Origin: Squalus acanthias
Taxonomy: Eukaryota
Direction: 5' to 3'
Assembly: GCA_030390025.1 (NCBI GenBank)
Contig: CM059431.1
Coordinates: 110,610,001-110,674,000, forward strand
DNA: 64,000 nt
Position numbers and translations under genes: made by a program. The notes under the pieces were generated by a model. It searched no databases, was not told the origin of the DNA, and saw only the letters and a program-made list of their open reading frames with translations. Below, in pieces: positions 38,196 to 51,530 of this stretch (position 1 is the first letter of the stretch; each line of letters begins with the position of its first letter).

Positions 38196-41160
38196 CATAG
38201 GAGCATAAGAACAGGAGGAGGGCATTTAGCCCCTCGAGCCTGTTCCGCCATTCAATGAGATCATGGCTGATCTGTGACCTAATCCGTATACCCGTCTTTG
38301 CCCCATATTCCTTAATCCCTTTGGTTAATAGAAATCTATCAATCTCAGATTTAAAATTAATAATTGACCCAGCATCAATTGCCGTTTGCAGAAGAGATTT
38401 CCAAGCTTCTACCATCCTTTGTGTGTAGAAGTGTTTCCTAATTTCACTCCTGAAAGGTCTGGCTCTAATTTTTAGACTATGCCCCCCAGTCCTAGACTCC
38501 CCAACCAGCGAAATAGTTTCTCTCTATCGACCCTATCAGTTCCCCTTAATATCTTAAAACTTCGATCAGATCACCCCTTAACCTTCTAAATTCCAGGGAC
38601 TACAACCCTAGTTTGTGTAATCGCTCCTCGTAATTTGTTTTATATTCGTTCATGGGATGCAAGGCCAGTATTTATTACCCGTCCCTAATTGCCCTTGAAC
38701 AACTGAGTGGCTTGCTAGGCCATTTCAGAGGGCAGTTAAGAGTCAACCACATTGATGTGGGTCTGGAGTCACATATAGGCCAGACCAGCAGATTTCCTTC
38801 CCTAAAGGACATTAGTGAACCAGATGGGCTTTTATGACAATAAGTTTCATGGTTACCATTACTGATACTAACTTTAAATTCTAGATTTATTTAATTAACT
38901 GAATTTAAATTCCCCAGCTGCCGTGGTAGGATTTGAACTCATGTCCCTCGGATCACTAGTCCAGGCCTCTGGATTACTAGTCCAGTAACATAACCATTAC
39001 GCTACCGTTCCCGATAATTTAACCTTTGGAGTTCAGGTATCATTCTGGTAAATCTACGTTGCACTCCCTCCAAGGCCAATGTATCCTTCCTAAGGTGTGG
39101 TGCCCAGAACTGCTCACAGTACTCCAGGTGTGGTCTAACTAGGGCTTTGAACAGCTGTAGCATAACTTCTCCCCTCTTGTGTTCTAGTCCTCTAGATATA
39201 AAGGCCAGCATTCCATTAGCCTTTTTGATTATTTTCTGTACCTGTTCATGACATTTTAATGATCTATGTACCTGAACCCCCAAGTCTCTTTGGACCTCCA
39301 CTGTTTTTAAGCTTTTCACCATTTAGAAAGTACGCTGTTCTATCATTTTTAGGTCCAAAATGGATGACCTCACATTTGCTTACGTTTAAATCCATTTGCC
39401 ACAGTTTTGCCCATTCGCTTAATCTATTAATATCTCTTTGTAATTTATGCTTCCATCTACACTGCTTACAATGCCACCTCTCTTTGTGTCATCGGCAAAC
39501 TTGGATATGTGGCTTTCTATCCCATCATCTAAGTCATTAATAAATACTGTGAATAGTTGAGGCCCGAACACAGATCCCTGCAGGACACTACTAGTCACAT
39601 CCTGCCAATTGGAGTACCTGCCCATTATCCCGACTCTCTGTCTCCTGCCGCTCAGCCAATTTCCTAACCAAGTCAATAATTTGCCTTCAATTCCATGAGC
39701 TTCATTTTTAGCTAACAGTCTCTTATGAGGGACTTTAGCAAATGCCTTCTGTAAGTCCATATAAATAACATCCATAGACGTTCCTGGTCCACTACTTTAG
39801 TTGCCTCTACAAAAAATTCAATCAGGTTTGTCAGGCATGACCTACCCTTTACAAATCCATGCTGGCTCTCTCTGACCAGCTGAAAATGTTCAAAGTGTTC
39901 AGTCACTCCATCCTTACTTATAGACGCTAGTAATTTCCCAACAACAGATGTTAGACTGACTGGTCTATAATTCCCTGGTTTCCCTCTCTCACCATTCTTA
40001 AAAAGCAGAGTGACATGTGCAATTTTCTGAATCTAAAGGAACGGTTCCTGAATCAAGAGAACATTGGAAGATTAGAGTTATTGCATCTGCTATGTTCTCA
40101 CCTACTTCCTTTAAATCCTTGGGATGGAAACCATCTGGTCCTGGGGATTTGTCACTCTTTAGTGCCATTATTTTCTTCATTACTGTTATTTTAGTTACGT
40201 TAATTTTATTGCGTCCCCATCCCTGATTCAATATTAGTTTCCTTGGAATGTCCTGCATGCTATCCTCTTCCTCTACTGTAAATACTGATGCAAAGTAATT
40301 ATTCAACTTGTCGCCATTTCCTTATTTTCATTTACAATATCATCGTTATCAGTTTTCAAGGGGCCCACATTGCTCCTGACCACCCTCTTTTTCCTAATAT
40401 AAGTAAAAAAATTGTGCTGATTTTTCAAGTTTCTTTTCATACTCCCTTTTTGTAGCTCTTACTATCTGTTTTACCACCTTCTGTTGCTCTTTGTATCTCT
40501 CCCAGTCGCCAGGATCTGTGCTAGTTTTTGCATGTTTGTCTGCTTTTTCTATTAGTTTTATGTTGTCCCTTACCTCTTTAGTCATCCATGGCTGTTGTTT
40601 TTGGCAAGTAGAGCTCTCGCCCCTTAGGGGTATAAATTGGTTCCGTATCACATTAAATTCGTTTTTGACCACCTCCCATTAACAGATTTACCCAGTTTAC
40701 TGTGGACAGTCTCAGGTCTCATCGCATTGAATTCAGCCTTACCCAAATCTAGAAGCTTGGTAGCTGTTTTGTGTTTCTCCCTTTCAAACACTACGTTGAA
40801 CTCGATCATATTATGCTCGCAATTAGATAAATGTTCACGCACCGTTAGGCTATTAACTAAATCTGGCTCATTACTCATAGCAAAGTCTAATATGGCTTGC
40901 CCCCTTGTTGGTTCTAGGACGTATTGTTGTAGAAAACTATCCTGAACACACTCAAGAAATTCACTACCTTTCTGACATGAGCTAGTCTGCTTAACCCAAC
41001 CTACATGAAAGTTAAAATCCCCCATTAAAACCACTCTCTTTGCACCCATTAAAAACTTTGCTACATGCTTGTCTAATCTCTGCATTTATACATTCTACAA
41101 CTTCACAACTGCTACCAGAGGGCCGAGACACAACTCCCACTACAGTCTTAAATCCTTTTG
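38196..41160 (-). mobile_element. Older CR1 LINE (partial EN + RT), frameshifted
   Basis: MGDFN, SPGPDG, QHGF, QGSVFGP and FADD motifs spread over several frames; 3' tail at 38196. Confidence 0.9.
38637..39012 (-). mobile_element. tRNA-derived SINE (second family) nested in CR1
   Basis: Head GGTAGCGTAATGG...GAGTTCAAATCC; tail shared with the LINE at 45460-45780; TAATTT on both sides. Confidence 0.8.
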
Positions 41161-42039
41161 AAATGGAATATTTGAGTCTGGCGGTGACAAAGGCATAGAT
41201 GAGTGGTTTTATCCACCTCTAGAACCCTCATCTATGTCTTTGTCACAACCAGATTCAAATATTCCAATGCTGTCCTGGCTGTCCTTTCTTCCTGCACACT
41301 CGGTAAACTTTAATTAATATGCAAGTAATTCAATAATATTAGCTAGCGATATGGAGACCTTTAAGTGGTTGTGGCAAAGCCAGCTTAGCAGATTGCAGAC
41401 ATTAATGCATCTCTATATCATCATAATAAAGAATATTTTATGTTCAAATTGTATCCAGAACTGTAATTGCATGTTGACATTGGCTTCTCTTCCTCAGTAT
41501 CATCAGAGACTGAATGAACCAATTCATTCAGTATTTATATTTCATTTGCAGATAAATATTATTTCTTTTTAATGGATTTTTGTTTTAACATTGATGTGGA
41601 GAAATATTGGGCAGGCATCAGACGGGAAATGGTTTTGGATGGCGCAGCACAGATGTTACAAACGTTCCTCATAATACCGAAACAATTTAACATTTCTGCT
41701 TTAAACAAAATACCTATCGACACCTGACCCAATAGTAATTTTAAAAATTATTCTGCAAAATGTGCTACCACTATACCATGGAGGAACAGAACATTATGTG
41801 GCATTGATGCAGTCACCTTTAAGATAAACGAGCAGGTTTGTCGCTGTTTGGACTTTGCATTAGGTCAGGTTCCACTTTCCTCTTTTACGGTGTGCCGCAA
41901 ATTAGATTTGTCGTGAGAAATGATGGCAGATTTCAATAAAATTAGTGTCTGACTTGAAAATACAAATATATTTTTGTTATGATGCAAATGTACTAAAATT
42001 ATGTATTTCAGAGTTGATCAAAGCAGTAAAAGTTGATGG

Positions 42040-42440
42040 GACTAGGTGGCACATTGAGTTAGCAGTCTTTCACCTGGATTTGATTGAAGCCAAAACTAAT
42101 GGGCTGAAATCTACTTCCTATACTGACTTTCAAGAGTCTTAACGTGAAAGGACTTTGAACAGCCTCAACTTAGCGACTGGTGATAAGACTTCGAACAGTT
42201 AGGCACAAATTGACAATAAATCGGGAATCTCATTCAGAGAGATAACAAGGATGGCTGGAAAATGGAAACATTCACAGGAGGGCAATGAGGAGGTTGTTTT
42301 CAGGTTGAGCTGAAGCCATGTTGTGGGGCAGGGTCAAAGAATCTTTATTCTGCCTTTGGTCATGCTACACTTGACCGAAGAGTGCTTGTTGGTGACGCTG
42401 GGTCACCAAAGTTTAAGAAGTATTCCTCTGGCCAACAGGA
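42040..42440 (+). mobile_element. LF-SINE-like ancient SINE relic
   Basis: GTCTTTCACCT...GTGAAA...GGCACAAATTG...TCTCATTCAGAGAG...CAAGGAT...GGGGCAG blocks collinear with the recalled LF-SINE consensus. Confidence 0.5.
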
Positions 42441-42699
42441 ATATTCCTTATCTTGACAAACATTACAATTCACCAAATGCATCATTTAAAAAAAACGTGG
42501 ACACTCTCTGGCATTTTGCTTGAATTGTATTTTATCTCCCTAGCTTTTTTGAAGCATACTTATTTTTTTTTAAATCATGTATCTGTGGTGAATTTAACAT
42601 TCAAGATGAGGGATGTAATCTGAGAAATGGATATCTAACAACCACTTCAAACATTTCTGGGTACCCGAATCACAGTGACATCTGAAACAAGTAGAAGAA

Positions 42700-43163
42700 G
42701 ACGACGACTTGCATTTATAAAGCACCTTTCACAACCACCGGACGTCTCAAAGCGCTTTACAGCCAATGAAGTACTATTTTTTTGAAGAGTAGTCATTGTT
42801 GGGAAATGCAGCAGCCAATTTTGCACACAGCAAGCTCCCACAAACAGCAATGTGATAATGACCAGAACATTTGTTTTTGTTATGTTGGTTGAGGGATAAA
42901 TATTGGTCAAGACACTAGGGATATCTCCCCTGCTCTTCTTCGAAATAGTGCCATGGGATCTTTTACATCCACCTGGGAGAGCAGACGGGGCCTCGGTTTA
43001 ACGTCTCATCCGAAAGACAACACCTCCGACAGTGCAGTACTCCCTCAGCACTGCACTGGAGTGTCAGCCTAGCTTTATGCGCTCAAGTCCCTGGAGTGGG
43101 ACTTGAACCCACAACCTTCTGACTCAGAGGCAAGTGTGCTACCCACTGAGCCACAGCTGACAC
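42700..43163 (-). mobile_element. SacSINE1-like DeuSINE
   Basis: Reverse complement of the 11781 family. Confidence 0.85.
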
Positions 43164-43349
43164 TAGTAGGTATCACTATACAGAAAATAGTCTGTTGCCC
43201 AGCCTGTTAATTCGCACAATAACAGCGTAGGTGTCAAAGGCGTCCTGCAAAAAGTAAATGTCAGGACAGAAGCTACTTACAATACTTTTTCTGGTGCAAT
43301 GTAATTCCAAGCAAATAACATTCTCCACAGTTTCATGTTGTGGAGGATT

Positions 43350-43895
43350 AAAGCTCTCTCACCTCTGAATGAGAGGATTGTACATTCAAGTCCCACTCCA
43401 GAACTTCAGTACATATAATCTAGGTTGATACTTAAGTGCAGTGCTGATGGAGTGCTGCACTGTCAAAATTGATGTCCTTCGGATGAAATAGTAAACTGCT
43501 GGTTCCAGCAGGCATTAACGATTTCATGGCACTATTTGAAGAGGAGTAGGGAGTTCTCCTGACCAACTTTCCTTTCTCAAACAACGCCATCAAAAAAAAG
43601 ATTAACTGGTTATTCCATCCATTACCATTTGTGACATGATGCCTTGTGCAAAATGCCTGCTTCATTTGTCCGGATAGCAACAATTACTTGGTCACCCCTC
43701 CCAATCTCTTCTTCTTTGGGTTAGCGTCCATTATCCTTCTCTGGGGTGCCTTGGAAGGTGTTTCTATATTTAAAGGTCCTATATAAATAAGTTATGGTTG
43801 TTGACTTCAAAAAAGTAATTAACGGTATGTGAAGTGTTTTGAGAGGTTTCGGAGAAATGCCATGTGGAGCTGTGTGAATGCAAGTTCCTTCTTTC
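43350..43895 (+). mobile_element. Degenerate DeuSINE with a duplicated tail region
   Basis: Diverged collinear match to the family. Confidence 0.65.
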
Positions 43896-44042
43896 TACTA
43901 CACGAAAGAAATCAAAGTGAAAATAATCCAACTACAAAACAAAGGGGCAACGCAGGTAAAAAAATATTAAGTTTGTGCTACTTTTTAAAAATTGATTGAT
44001 CCCCCACTTTTTCCTCCTCCTCCTCCCTCTGGAGCGCTCTTC

Positions 44043-44510
44043 AACAACATGCATTTATATCGTGCCTTTAGCATAGTAAAATGTCCCAAGGCGCTTCACA
44101 GGCGCGTCATCAGACAATATTTGACACCGAGCCACATAATGAGATATTGGGACAGGTGTCCAAAAAGCTTGGTCAAACAGATAGGTTTTAAGAAGCGTCT
44201 TAAAGGAGGGGAGAGAGGTAGAGAGGCGGGGAGGTTTAGGGAGGGAATTCCAGTGCTTGGGGCCAAGGCAGCTGAAGGCACGTCTGCCAATGGTGGGGCT
44301 AATGAAATTGAGGATGCAAAAGAGGCCAGAATTGGAGGAACTCGGAGCTCTTGGAGGGTTGTAGGGCTGGAGGAGGTTACAGAGATAGGGAGGGGTGAGG
44401 CCATGGAGGGATTTTAACACAAGGATGAGAATTTTAAATTCACGCCAGTGCTGGACTGGAAGACAACGTAGGTCAGCGAGCACAGGGGTGATGGGAGAAC
44501 AGGACTTAGA
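44043..44510 (-). mobile_element. L2 LINE 3' fragment
   Basis: LADLRCLPV...FKILILVLKSLHGLTPPYL...GRRAFSCLGPKHWNSLP...FKTLLKTYLF. Confidence 0.85.
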
Positions 44511-45459
44511 TCTTTATATCGACTTATATCTTCATATCATTCGCCATTCCCCTAGGTGAGAAGGTAGAAAAGTTACTTGCTCCTGGTCCCTGCCAATGGT
44601 GCACTGTCCCCAGCTAAGAATTCTGCAAGAGGGACTAGGACAAGGCTTTTCCTTTTTTCTCTATCGCTGTGGTCTGTGTCTAGCCTCTGCTCAGTGCCTC
44701 TGTAATAGTGCAGTTCAAACTAGGAACTATAGCCATGAACTTGTTTCCTGCTGTGATACAGCCTGTCAGCACCATTGGGTCTCACAGGGCTGTTTAAATC
44801 TAGCCCATAATTTGCACTTACATCTACAGTGCCATGTCATTAGGTTTTGAAGTATACAAGCTAGATTCCTTTTGTGGAACTTTGACAAAAATATATAAAA
44901 TTGTAAACAATATCTGTATTGCAAATCCTTAGGAAAGTTGGAAACTTTATTCTGTTTCTTGAAAGTGCAGCTTATCAGTGAACTCCTTACTTCTATAAGC
45001 ATAAGTCCTCTTCCATTCTGAAATTTTATTGAACAATATTAATAAAATAGAATATTTGAAAATATATTAAGCTAAACAATATGATTTTCCTTTAAAAGTA
45101 CTTGTTTTGCAAAATTAAAACTGGATAGTACTGAATACAATCTACTACATTTTTGATGATTTGAAGTCTTTCTTTTTCACAAAATGCTTAATGCAAATTA
45201 TTGGATAATGCCCAATGTAAATAATATAGTAAAGTGGGAATGTAGGGTTGAAACAATAGAATTATTAGATAATTTATATTAATTGACTTTTAGTAGATTG
45301 TACAGTGCCAATCATACAGGAGAATTTTAACCCCCAAAAACAGGTGGGTTGGGGTTGGGCAGGATTTAAAATTTTAAAAATCTCAAACCCGAACCCAGCC
45401 CGCCTCAGACCCGCCCACTTCCAGTTTTAACGGAGGTGGGACGGGCAACCAACCCTTCT

Positions 45460-45783
45460 TTGGCAGCACCTCCCAAACCCGCGACCTCTACCACCTAGAA
45501 GGACAAGGGCAGCAGGCACATGGGAACACCACCACCTCCAAGTTCCCCTCCAAGTCACACACCATCCTGACTTAGAAGTATATCGCCGTTCCTTCAGCGT
45601 CGTTGGGTCAAAATCCTGAAACCCCCTCCCTAACAGCACTGTGGGAGCACCTTCACCACACGGACTGCAGCGGTTCAAGGCGGCGGCTCACCACCACCTT
45701 CTCAAGGGCAATTAGGGATGGGCAATAAATGCTGGCCGTGCCAGAGACGCCCACATCCTGTGAATAAATGAATAAAAATAAAC
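45460..45783 (+). mobile_element. L2/CR1-group LINE 3' fragment (third family), inserted in a GC-rich element spanning ~45318-46070
   Basis: RSF...GSKS.N.LPNSTVG...HHHLLKGN C-terminus; homologous to 60637-60965. Confidence 0.75.
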
Positions 45784-46734
45784 TCGTTCCCAGCAGGCGG
45801 ATCTCCCACGAGGAGGGTCACTCTTTTAAAATATTTTAATGGGGCTCTGTGCCTCAGATTTTATCCCCATTTTAGATTTAACCCTGGCCGGCTGGGTTTC
45901 CCGAGCCTCGGGAAACCCCACACCTAAAGGGAGGTGAGGACTGCTATGTGGAAGAGCTAAGTGCCTTTGCAGTACTGCTTGTGGGCCAGGAGGAGCAAGA
46001 GCGCCTCCCCCCCGAACCCCCAAGCTAACTTGCTTCCACCCCCCCGCCCCACCCCCTGTGATTGGACCGATTTCATTACAAGGTTCACAATGGCCCCATT
46101 TAAGGCCGTAACAGTTTGCAACTTAACAGGAAATTTTTAGGTTTTCTTTTGCTTTTTAAAGATCAATTTACTACAGCAAGTATAATTAAACTGCCTGTTG
46201 AGGTTTTGATTTGTCTGGAGATGCAGCTTTAAGAGATTGGGATTTGTCTGGAAACAGAGCTTTAAGGGACTAATGTACAGAAACTAATTAAAAACCATTG
46301 ATTACAGATAAAACCTCAGCTATTTTCCATCTGTCATTATGTTGGCCAGCTTAAACACAAAATCTTTCCACATTTTGACCAGATTACATCATCTCCCAGG
46401 AAAGAAACCATTTCATGCAATATCCAACAGTTTGGTTGAACTGTTAAATTTCTTCGGTTTTTTTTTAATGGGTTCAATGTAATTCTATGATCTTAGACAT
46501 AACACTGCTACCCAAGACTGCAGCCAGACACTGATCTCAGTCTAGGTCATCAGCTTTCCCTAGCTGGCTCTGAAACTTAGCCAGACTCAATGAGAGCCTA
46601 AAAAGAATGACTCCATCAGTCATTCTGCCTGGAAGCAACGTACAAATATAAACCTGTCTTGCAAAATATTGCTAAAGGCAAGCATTTTTTATTAATCAAA
46701 GCGATATAGAATAAAGCTAAGCTCATGAAATACC

Positions 46735-47140
46735 TGACAACAACAACAACTTGTATTTATACAGCGCCTTTAACGTGGCAAAACGTCCCAGGGCGCTTCA
46801 CAGGAGTATTATAAGACAAAAATTTGACACCGAGCCATCTAAGGAGAAATTAGGGCAGATGACCAAAAGCTTGGACAAAGAGGTAGGTTTTAAGGAGCGT
46901 CTTAAAGGAGGAGAGAGAGGTAGAGAGGCGGAGAGGTTTAGGCAAGGAATTCCAGAGCTTAGGGCCTAGGCAACAGAAGGCATGGCACCAATGGTTGAGC
47001 GATTATAATCTGGGATGCTGAGGAGGGCAGCTATCCTGGGGGGGGGGCGGGGGGGTGGGGGTGGGACTGGAGGAGATTACAGAGATAGGGAGGGCGAGGC
47101 CGTGGAGGGATTTGAAAACAAGGATGAGAATTTTAAAATC
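46735..47140 (-). mobile_element. L2 LINE 3' fragment
   Basis: (CAA)n tail; same family as 44043. Confidence 0.85.
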
Positions 47141-47156
47141 GAGACAACTGAGACAA

Positions 47157-47313
47157 GAGGGATAATTTTAACATTGAGCAATGGTACAAAATGGGAGCTA
47201 TGGGATTAGCTGCCCGTTATACACCACGCCCGAAATTCCTTCTGATTGAAGTCATGGGTGGACAATTCGATATTGCACTTTTTATATTGTCACTCAAACT
47301 TAAAATTACCCCC
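47157..47313. mobile_element. Short palindromic MITE
   Basis: GGGATAATTTTAA / TTAAAATTACCCC ends; central ATTGAAGTCA motif shared with 62417-62600. Confidence 0.55.
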
Positions 47314-48263
47314 AAGGAGTCATGTAAGTAAAAATGGAATTATATCTCATTAATAGTGTTTTTAAAAAATTATAGTGCATTTTTTTCAAAAGAAAACAGT
47401 GGTGGAATAAAGTTTGAATTCTTGAGGAAATATGCATACACGCTTCATACGTATGGGCAGATGCATGCAAAAAGAATTAAAGCAGATAGAAATCTGTAAC
47501 TCCATTGAACCGAATCCCTAAATATGCAAACTCTCTGAAAAGATCACCTTTTTACATTGACCAGGGGCATAATTAACAGGAAAGATCATAGGAATTGGAT
47601 GTTAATTTGAAAAAAAAACTAGAAAACAAACAGAGAAAACAGCTGTACTGTAGTCACACCCAAACTTCTTTCTTTGAAATGTGCAAAAGTGTATTCGGAT
47701 GCATAACTATAGTCGGAAAAATGATGTAGCAAAGAAACTGTGCGTCAGAAACAATTGTGTGAAAAAAGAAAAACACCTTCGAAGGAAATGAGGAAAAGGT
47801 AGGGAGCGTGACCAGTATCTGAATGTCATATTACACGTGAACAGGGCACCTGCACGGAATAAAGCTTCTCATTTTCACTGACAAAACTGCGACCGTCCAC
47901 CTGCGTGTGCACAATAATGCTTTTGTTGTGTCAAAGAAATTTGACATTTCTCGTCAGAATTTTTGAAGACTAGAAACATTTTCACTTCACTGAATAGCAA
48001 AGGCAAATAATCTGTCACCGATGAAGCTGCGATTTTATATTAACTCCAATCTCCTGTTAACAACTATTTGCTCAACCAATCTATAGTCATTGGTTCTCGA
48101 ATCCATTATTGATTATATGGTGATTCTCTAAATTAATACTTGTATCATAAATGAACACTAATTGGATTTTCACATTTAATATTTGTAATATATGAAGAAA
48201 AATCACAAGACGTGTTTATCTATGTTCATTGCAATTCATTCCCATTCACTGAATACTTTCTAC

Positions 48264-48433
48264 CAATGTTCCCTCTAATTTTTTTCGGGGGTGCGCGGCC
48301 CCTTTAACGGGCTGCGTTACCCATTCAAATATCCGCGCATGCGCGTTTTTCCCCCCCCCCCATTTAAAAGCCATTGAGCGGCCTGCGCGGGACCTCCAGA
48401 CCGCTGCGGCCGCGCAGCTGAACGGGAACATTG
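48264..48433. mobile_element. hAT-superfamily MITE (170 bp)
   Basis: Perfect 10-bp TIR CAATGTTCCC/GGGAACATTG and perfect 8-bp TSD CTTTCTAC (48256-48263, 48434-48441). Confidence 0.9.
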
Positions 48434-49364
48434 CTTTCTACCAATGTTTTGTGCGTGTGTTTATATTGCACACGGATAATGCAGCAAATGTTTTTTTAAA
48501 CAGATCGGTCTCTGAGGTCTGTCCTAAGCTGCTTCATTGGTATGATTTGGCATGCTGGTGAAATGATTGTCAGAATTTGACTAAAGTGGCGAGTGTCTCG
48601 TGTCTGCCTTTCCACTGTATTTAAACATACGTATTTCAGGAATGGGGTCACAAATGTACAGATTAGTATTTTGCTGAGAATCAAATAGATATTTCCAAGA
48701 AGAGTAAAACTTGCTTGCTTTGGGTGAAAATGATTATTTATACTCGCATTAAGTAATAAAAAACCATTTGATCTCTTTCACCGAGAGTTGCTGCTCAACT
48801 TCCCTTATTGAAACCCTTGAGTAATCGTGCTTTGGGAAGCAACTATTGCGGCTTCAGAGGGATTACTTGCAGGTTCATCTGCAGGTCACCTGCATGATGA
48901 GGCTTTACTGGGCTATTGTTGGCTTGGCAAAGTGTCTTGGAAGACAGTTGGCCGTGTTCATGTACGAAGCAGTGAGCGAGGATGTGATTAGTGATGCAAT
49001 TGCATCATTGCATTCCAGATTGTATTTGGTATTACAAGTGATTTATTTTGCCATTATAAAGTTTTAATAACAATTAAATATTAACAATCCATAACTTGCA
49101 TTGCAAAAAATGTTATTGCAGCAGGTCTAACGCTTCTTGCAACGAGCATTTTTTTCTAGTGGCCAGCATGAACAGTTGAGCAATGGGCCAGTAAACACGG
49201 CTGTCAGAAAAATGTTCAATTTGCTGGCATCATCTCTTTTATGTTGGGTAGCATATTGGGTAGGGATTAAAGAATGGTAAGGGAGCCACTGTTATTATTG
49301 GGTACTGGGAGAAACAACCATCTGAATCCCATGTAAAGTCACTCACATGCATCGTCAAATATTA

Positions 49365-49370
49365 ACACAC

Positions 49371-49405
<35 letters not shown>
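49365..49405. repeat. (CA)n microsatellite
   Basis: Directly visible. Confidence 0.95.
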
Positions 49406-49408
<3 letters not shown>

Positions 49409-49470
49409 GCAAGTTTGTGTAATAAAAACAAAAAATGCTGGAAGTACTGACGTCACTCTGCAAAGTGCCA

Positions 49471-49946
49471 GTGTCAGCCAGTGGCTCAGTGGGTAGCACA
49501 CTCGCCTCTGAGTCAGAAGGTTGTGCATTCAAGTCCCATTCCAGGGACTTGAACACGTAAATCTAGGCTGACACTCCCAGTGCAGTGCTGAGGGAGTGCT
49601 GCACTGTCGGAGGTGCCATCTTTCGGTATGAGACGTTAAACCGAGGCCCCGTCTGCTCTCTCAGGTGGATGTAAAAGATCCCATGGCACTATTTTGAAGA
49701 GCAGGGGAGCTATCCCCAGTGTCCTGGCCAATATTTATCCCTGTATAACATAACAAAAACAGTTTATCTGGTCATTATCACATTGCTGTTTGTGGGAGCT
49801 TGCTGAGCGCAAATTGGCTGCCGCATTTCCCACATTACAACAGTGACTACACTTCAAAAAGTACTTCATTGGCTGTGCTTTTGCAAGTGCTTTGAGATGT
49901 CCGGTGGTCGTGAAAGGCGCTATATAAATGCATGTCTTTCTTTCTT
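49471..49946 (+). mobile_element. SacSINE1-like DeuSINE
   Basis: Same family as 11781. Confidence 0.85.
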
Positions 49947-50069
49947 TAAAAAGACAGATTTACGTTTTGGGTGTAAAGACTACTTCAGAGCTGAAAACTG
50001 AAAGGTAAGAATACTCAATCACCAAGGGGAAGTTAATGGGTTGAATGACCCGCAAGCATTACATAGAAT

Positions 50070-50233
50070 TACACCTCCGTTCAGTCCGTAAGGGGGACCC
50101 CGAGCTCCCGGTGGCCTGTCACTTTAATTCACCGCTTCACTCCCACTCTGACCTCACCGTCCTCGGCCTATTACACTGTTCCACGGAAGCTCAGCGTAAG
50201 CTCGAGGAACAGCACCTCATCTTTCGTTTAGGC
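50070..50233 (+). mobile_element. Penelope-like element fragment, C-terminal half of the GIY-YIG endonuclease
   Basis: HLRSVRKGDPELPVACHFNSPLHSHSDLTVLGLLHCSTEAQRKLEEQHLIFRLG fits the H...VA.HF...H...R..E...I..L pattern of PLE GIY-YIG. Confidence 0.75.
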
Positions 50234-50234
50234 C

Positions 50235-50487
50235 CAACTGGTCCATGTTGGTGTTTATGCTCCACACAAGCCTCTTCCCACATTACTTCATCTCACCCCA
50301 TCAGGATAACCTTCCCTTCTTTTCACCCTCGCGTGTTTATCTAGCTTTCCCTTAAATGCATCTGTGCTATTCGCCTCAACTGCTCCTTGTGGTAGCGAGT
50401 TCCACATTCTAACCACTCTCTGGGTAAAGAAGTTTCTCCTGAATTCCCTATTGGATTTATTAGTGACTATCTTATATTTGTGGTCAT
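50235..50487 (-). mobile_element. CR1 3' fragment
   Basis: Reverse-complement homologue of 52990-53250. Confidence 0.75.
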
Positions 50488-50790
50488 TGGAAAGGCAGTA
50501 ACCTTCATAAAAAAATCAAATCAGTGAAAATATGAAAATACATTGGAAGGGTGAAATAATGTGCAATTAAAAAAGATGGTGAAAAGCATGGGGAAGGCAG
50601 GAGGTCTGAAATTAAAGCAGGAAATACTGGAAACACATATGAGGTCCACCTATCCCAAAAACGGGAAAACAGGCCCGCATCTGAGCCCTCGCAGAACAGT
50701 GTCCTCATCAAGGGGCAACACCCAAAGCATCAACACTTCTCCCTTAGATGTGAACAGACCCACTCCACATACCCGGCACCTCTGCTGTAA

Positions 50791-51530
50791 AGAAACATAG
50801 AAACATAGAAGATAGGAGCAGGAGTAGGCCATTCGGCCCCTTGAGTCTGTTCCGCCATTTAATGAGATCATGGCTGATCATCCAAATTCAGTACCCTGTC
50901 CCTGCTTTCTCCCCATATCCCTTTAGCCTTAAGAAATATATCTAACTCCTTCTTGAATATATTTAATGAATTGGCCTCAACTGCCTTCTGTGGTAGAGAA
51001 TTCCACAGGTTCACCACTCTCTGGGTGAAGAAATTCCTCCTCATCTCAGTCCTAAATGGCTTACCCCTTATCCTTAGACTGTGACCCCTGGTTCTGGACT
51101 CCCCCGCCATCGGGAACATCCTTCCTGCATCTAGTCTGTCTAGTCCTGCTAGAATTTTATAAGTTTCAATGAGATTCCCTCTCATTCTTCTAAACTCTAG
51201 CGAATACAAGCCTAATCGACCCAATCTCTCTTCATACGTCATTCCTGCCATCCCAGGTATCAGTCTGGTGAAGCTTCGTTGCACTCCCTCCATGGCAAGA
51301 ACAGCCTTCCTCAGATAAGGCGACCAAAACTGCACACAATACTCAAGGTGTGGTCTCACCAAGGCCCTGTGCAACTGCAGCAAGACATCCTTGCTCCTGT
51401 ACTCGAATCCTCGCCACGATGAAGGCCAACATACCATTTGCCTTCTTAACCGCCTGCTGCACCTGCATGCTTACCTTCAGCGACTGGTGCACAAGACTCC
51501 CAGATCTCGTTGCACTTCCCCTTTTCCCAA
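50791..51530 (-). mobile_element. CR1 LINE 3' fragment
   Basis: LVRPHLEYCVQFWSPYL...NLWNSLPQKAVEA; (TTTCTATG)n tail. Confidence 0.92.

Larger units (their letters stand above)
33345..41312 (+). mobile_element. Old L2 LINE host, fragmented by nested insertions (pieces ~33345-33463, 36821-37085, 37660-38195, 41215-41312)
   Basis: Successive L2 ORF2 motifs in the correct order: TSCALDPIPTRLL...NGSLSSGIVPQVFK; LSAVFNMVDYTILLQWLSSVV...SWFHTSLSN; TLIYVFVTTRFKYSNAVLA. Confidence 0.75.
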
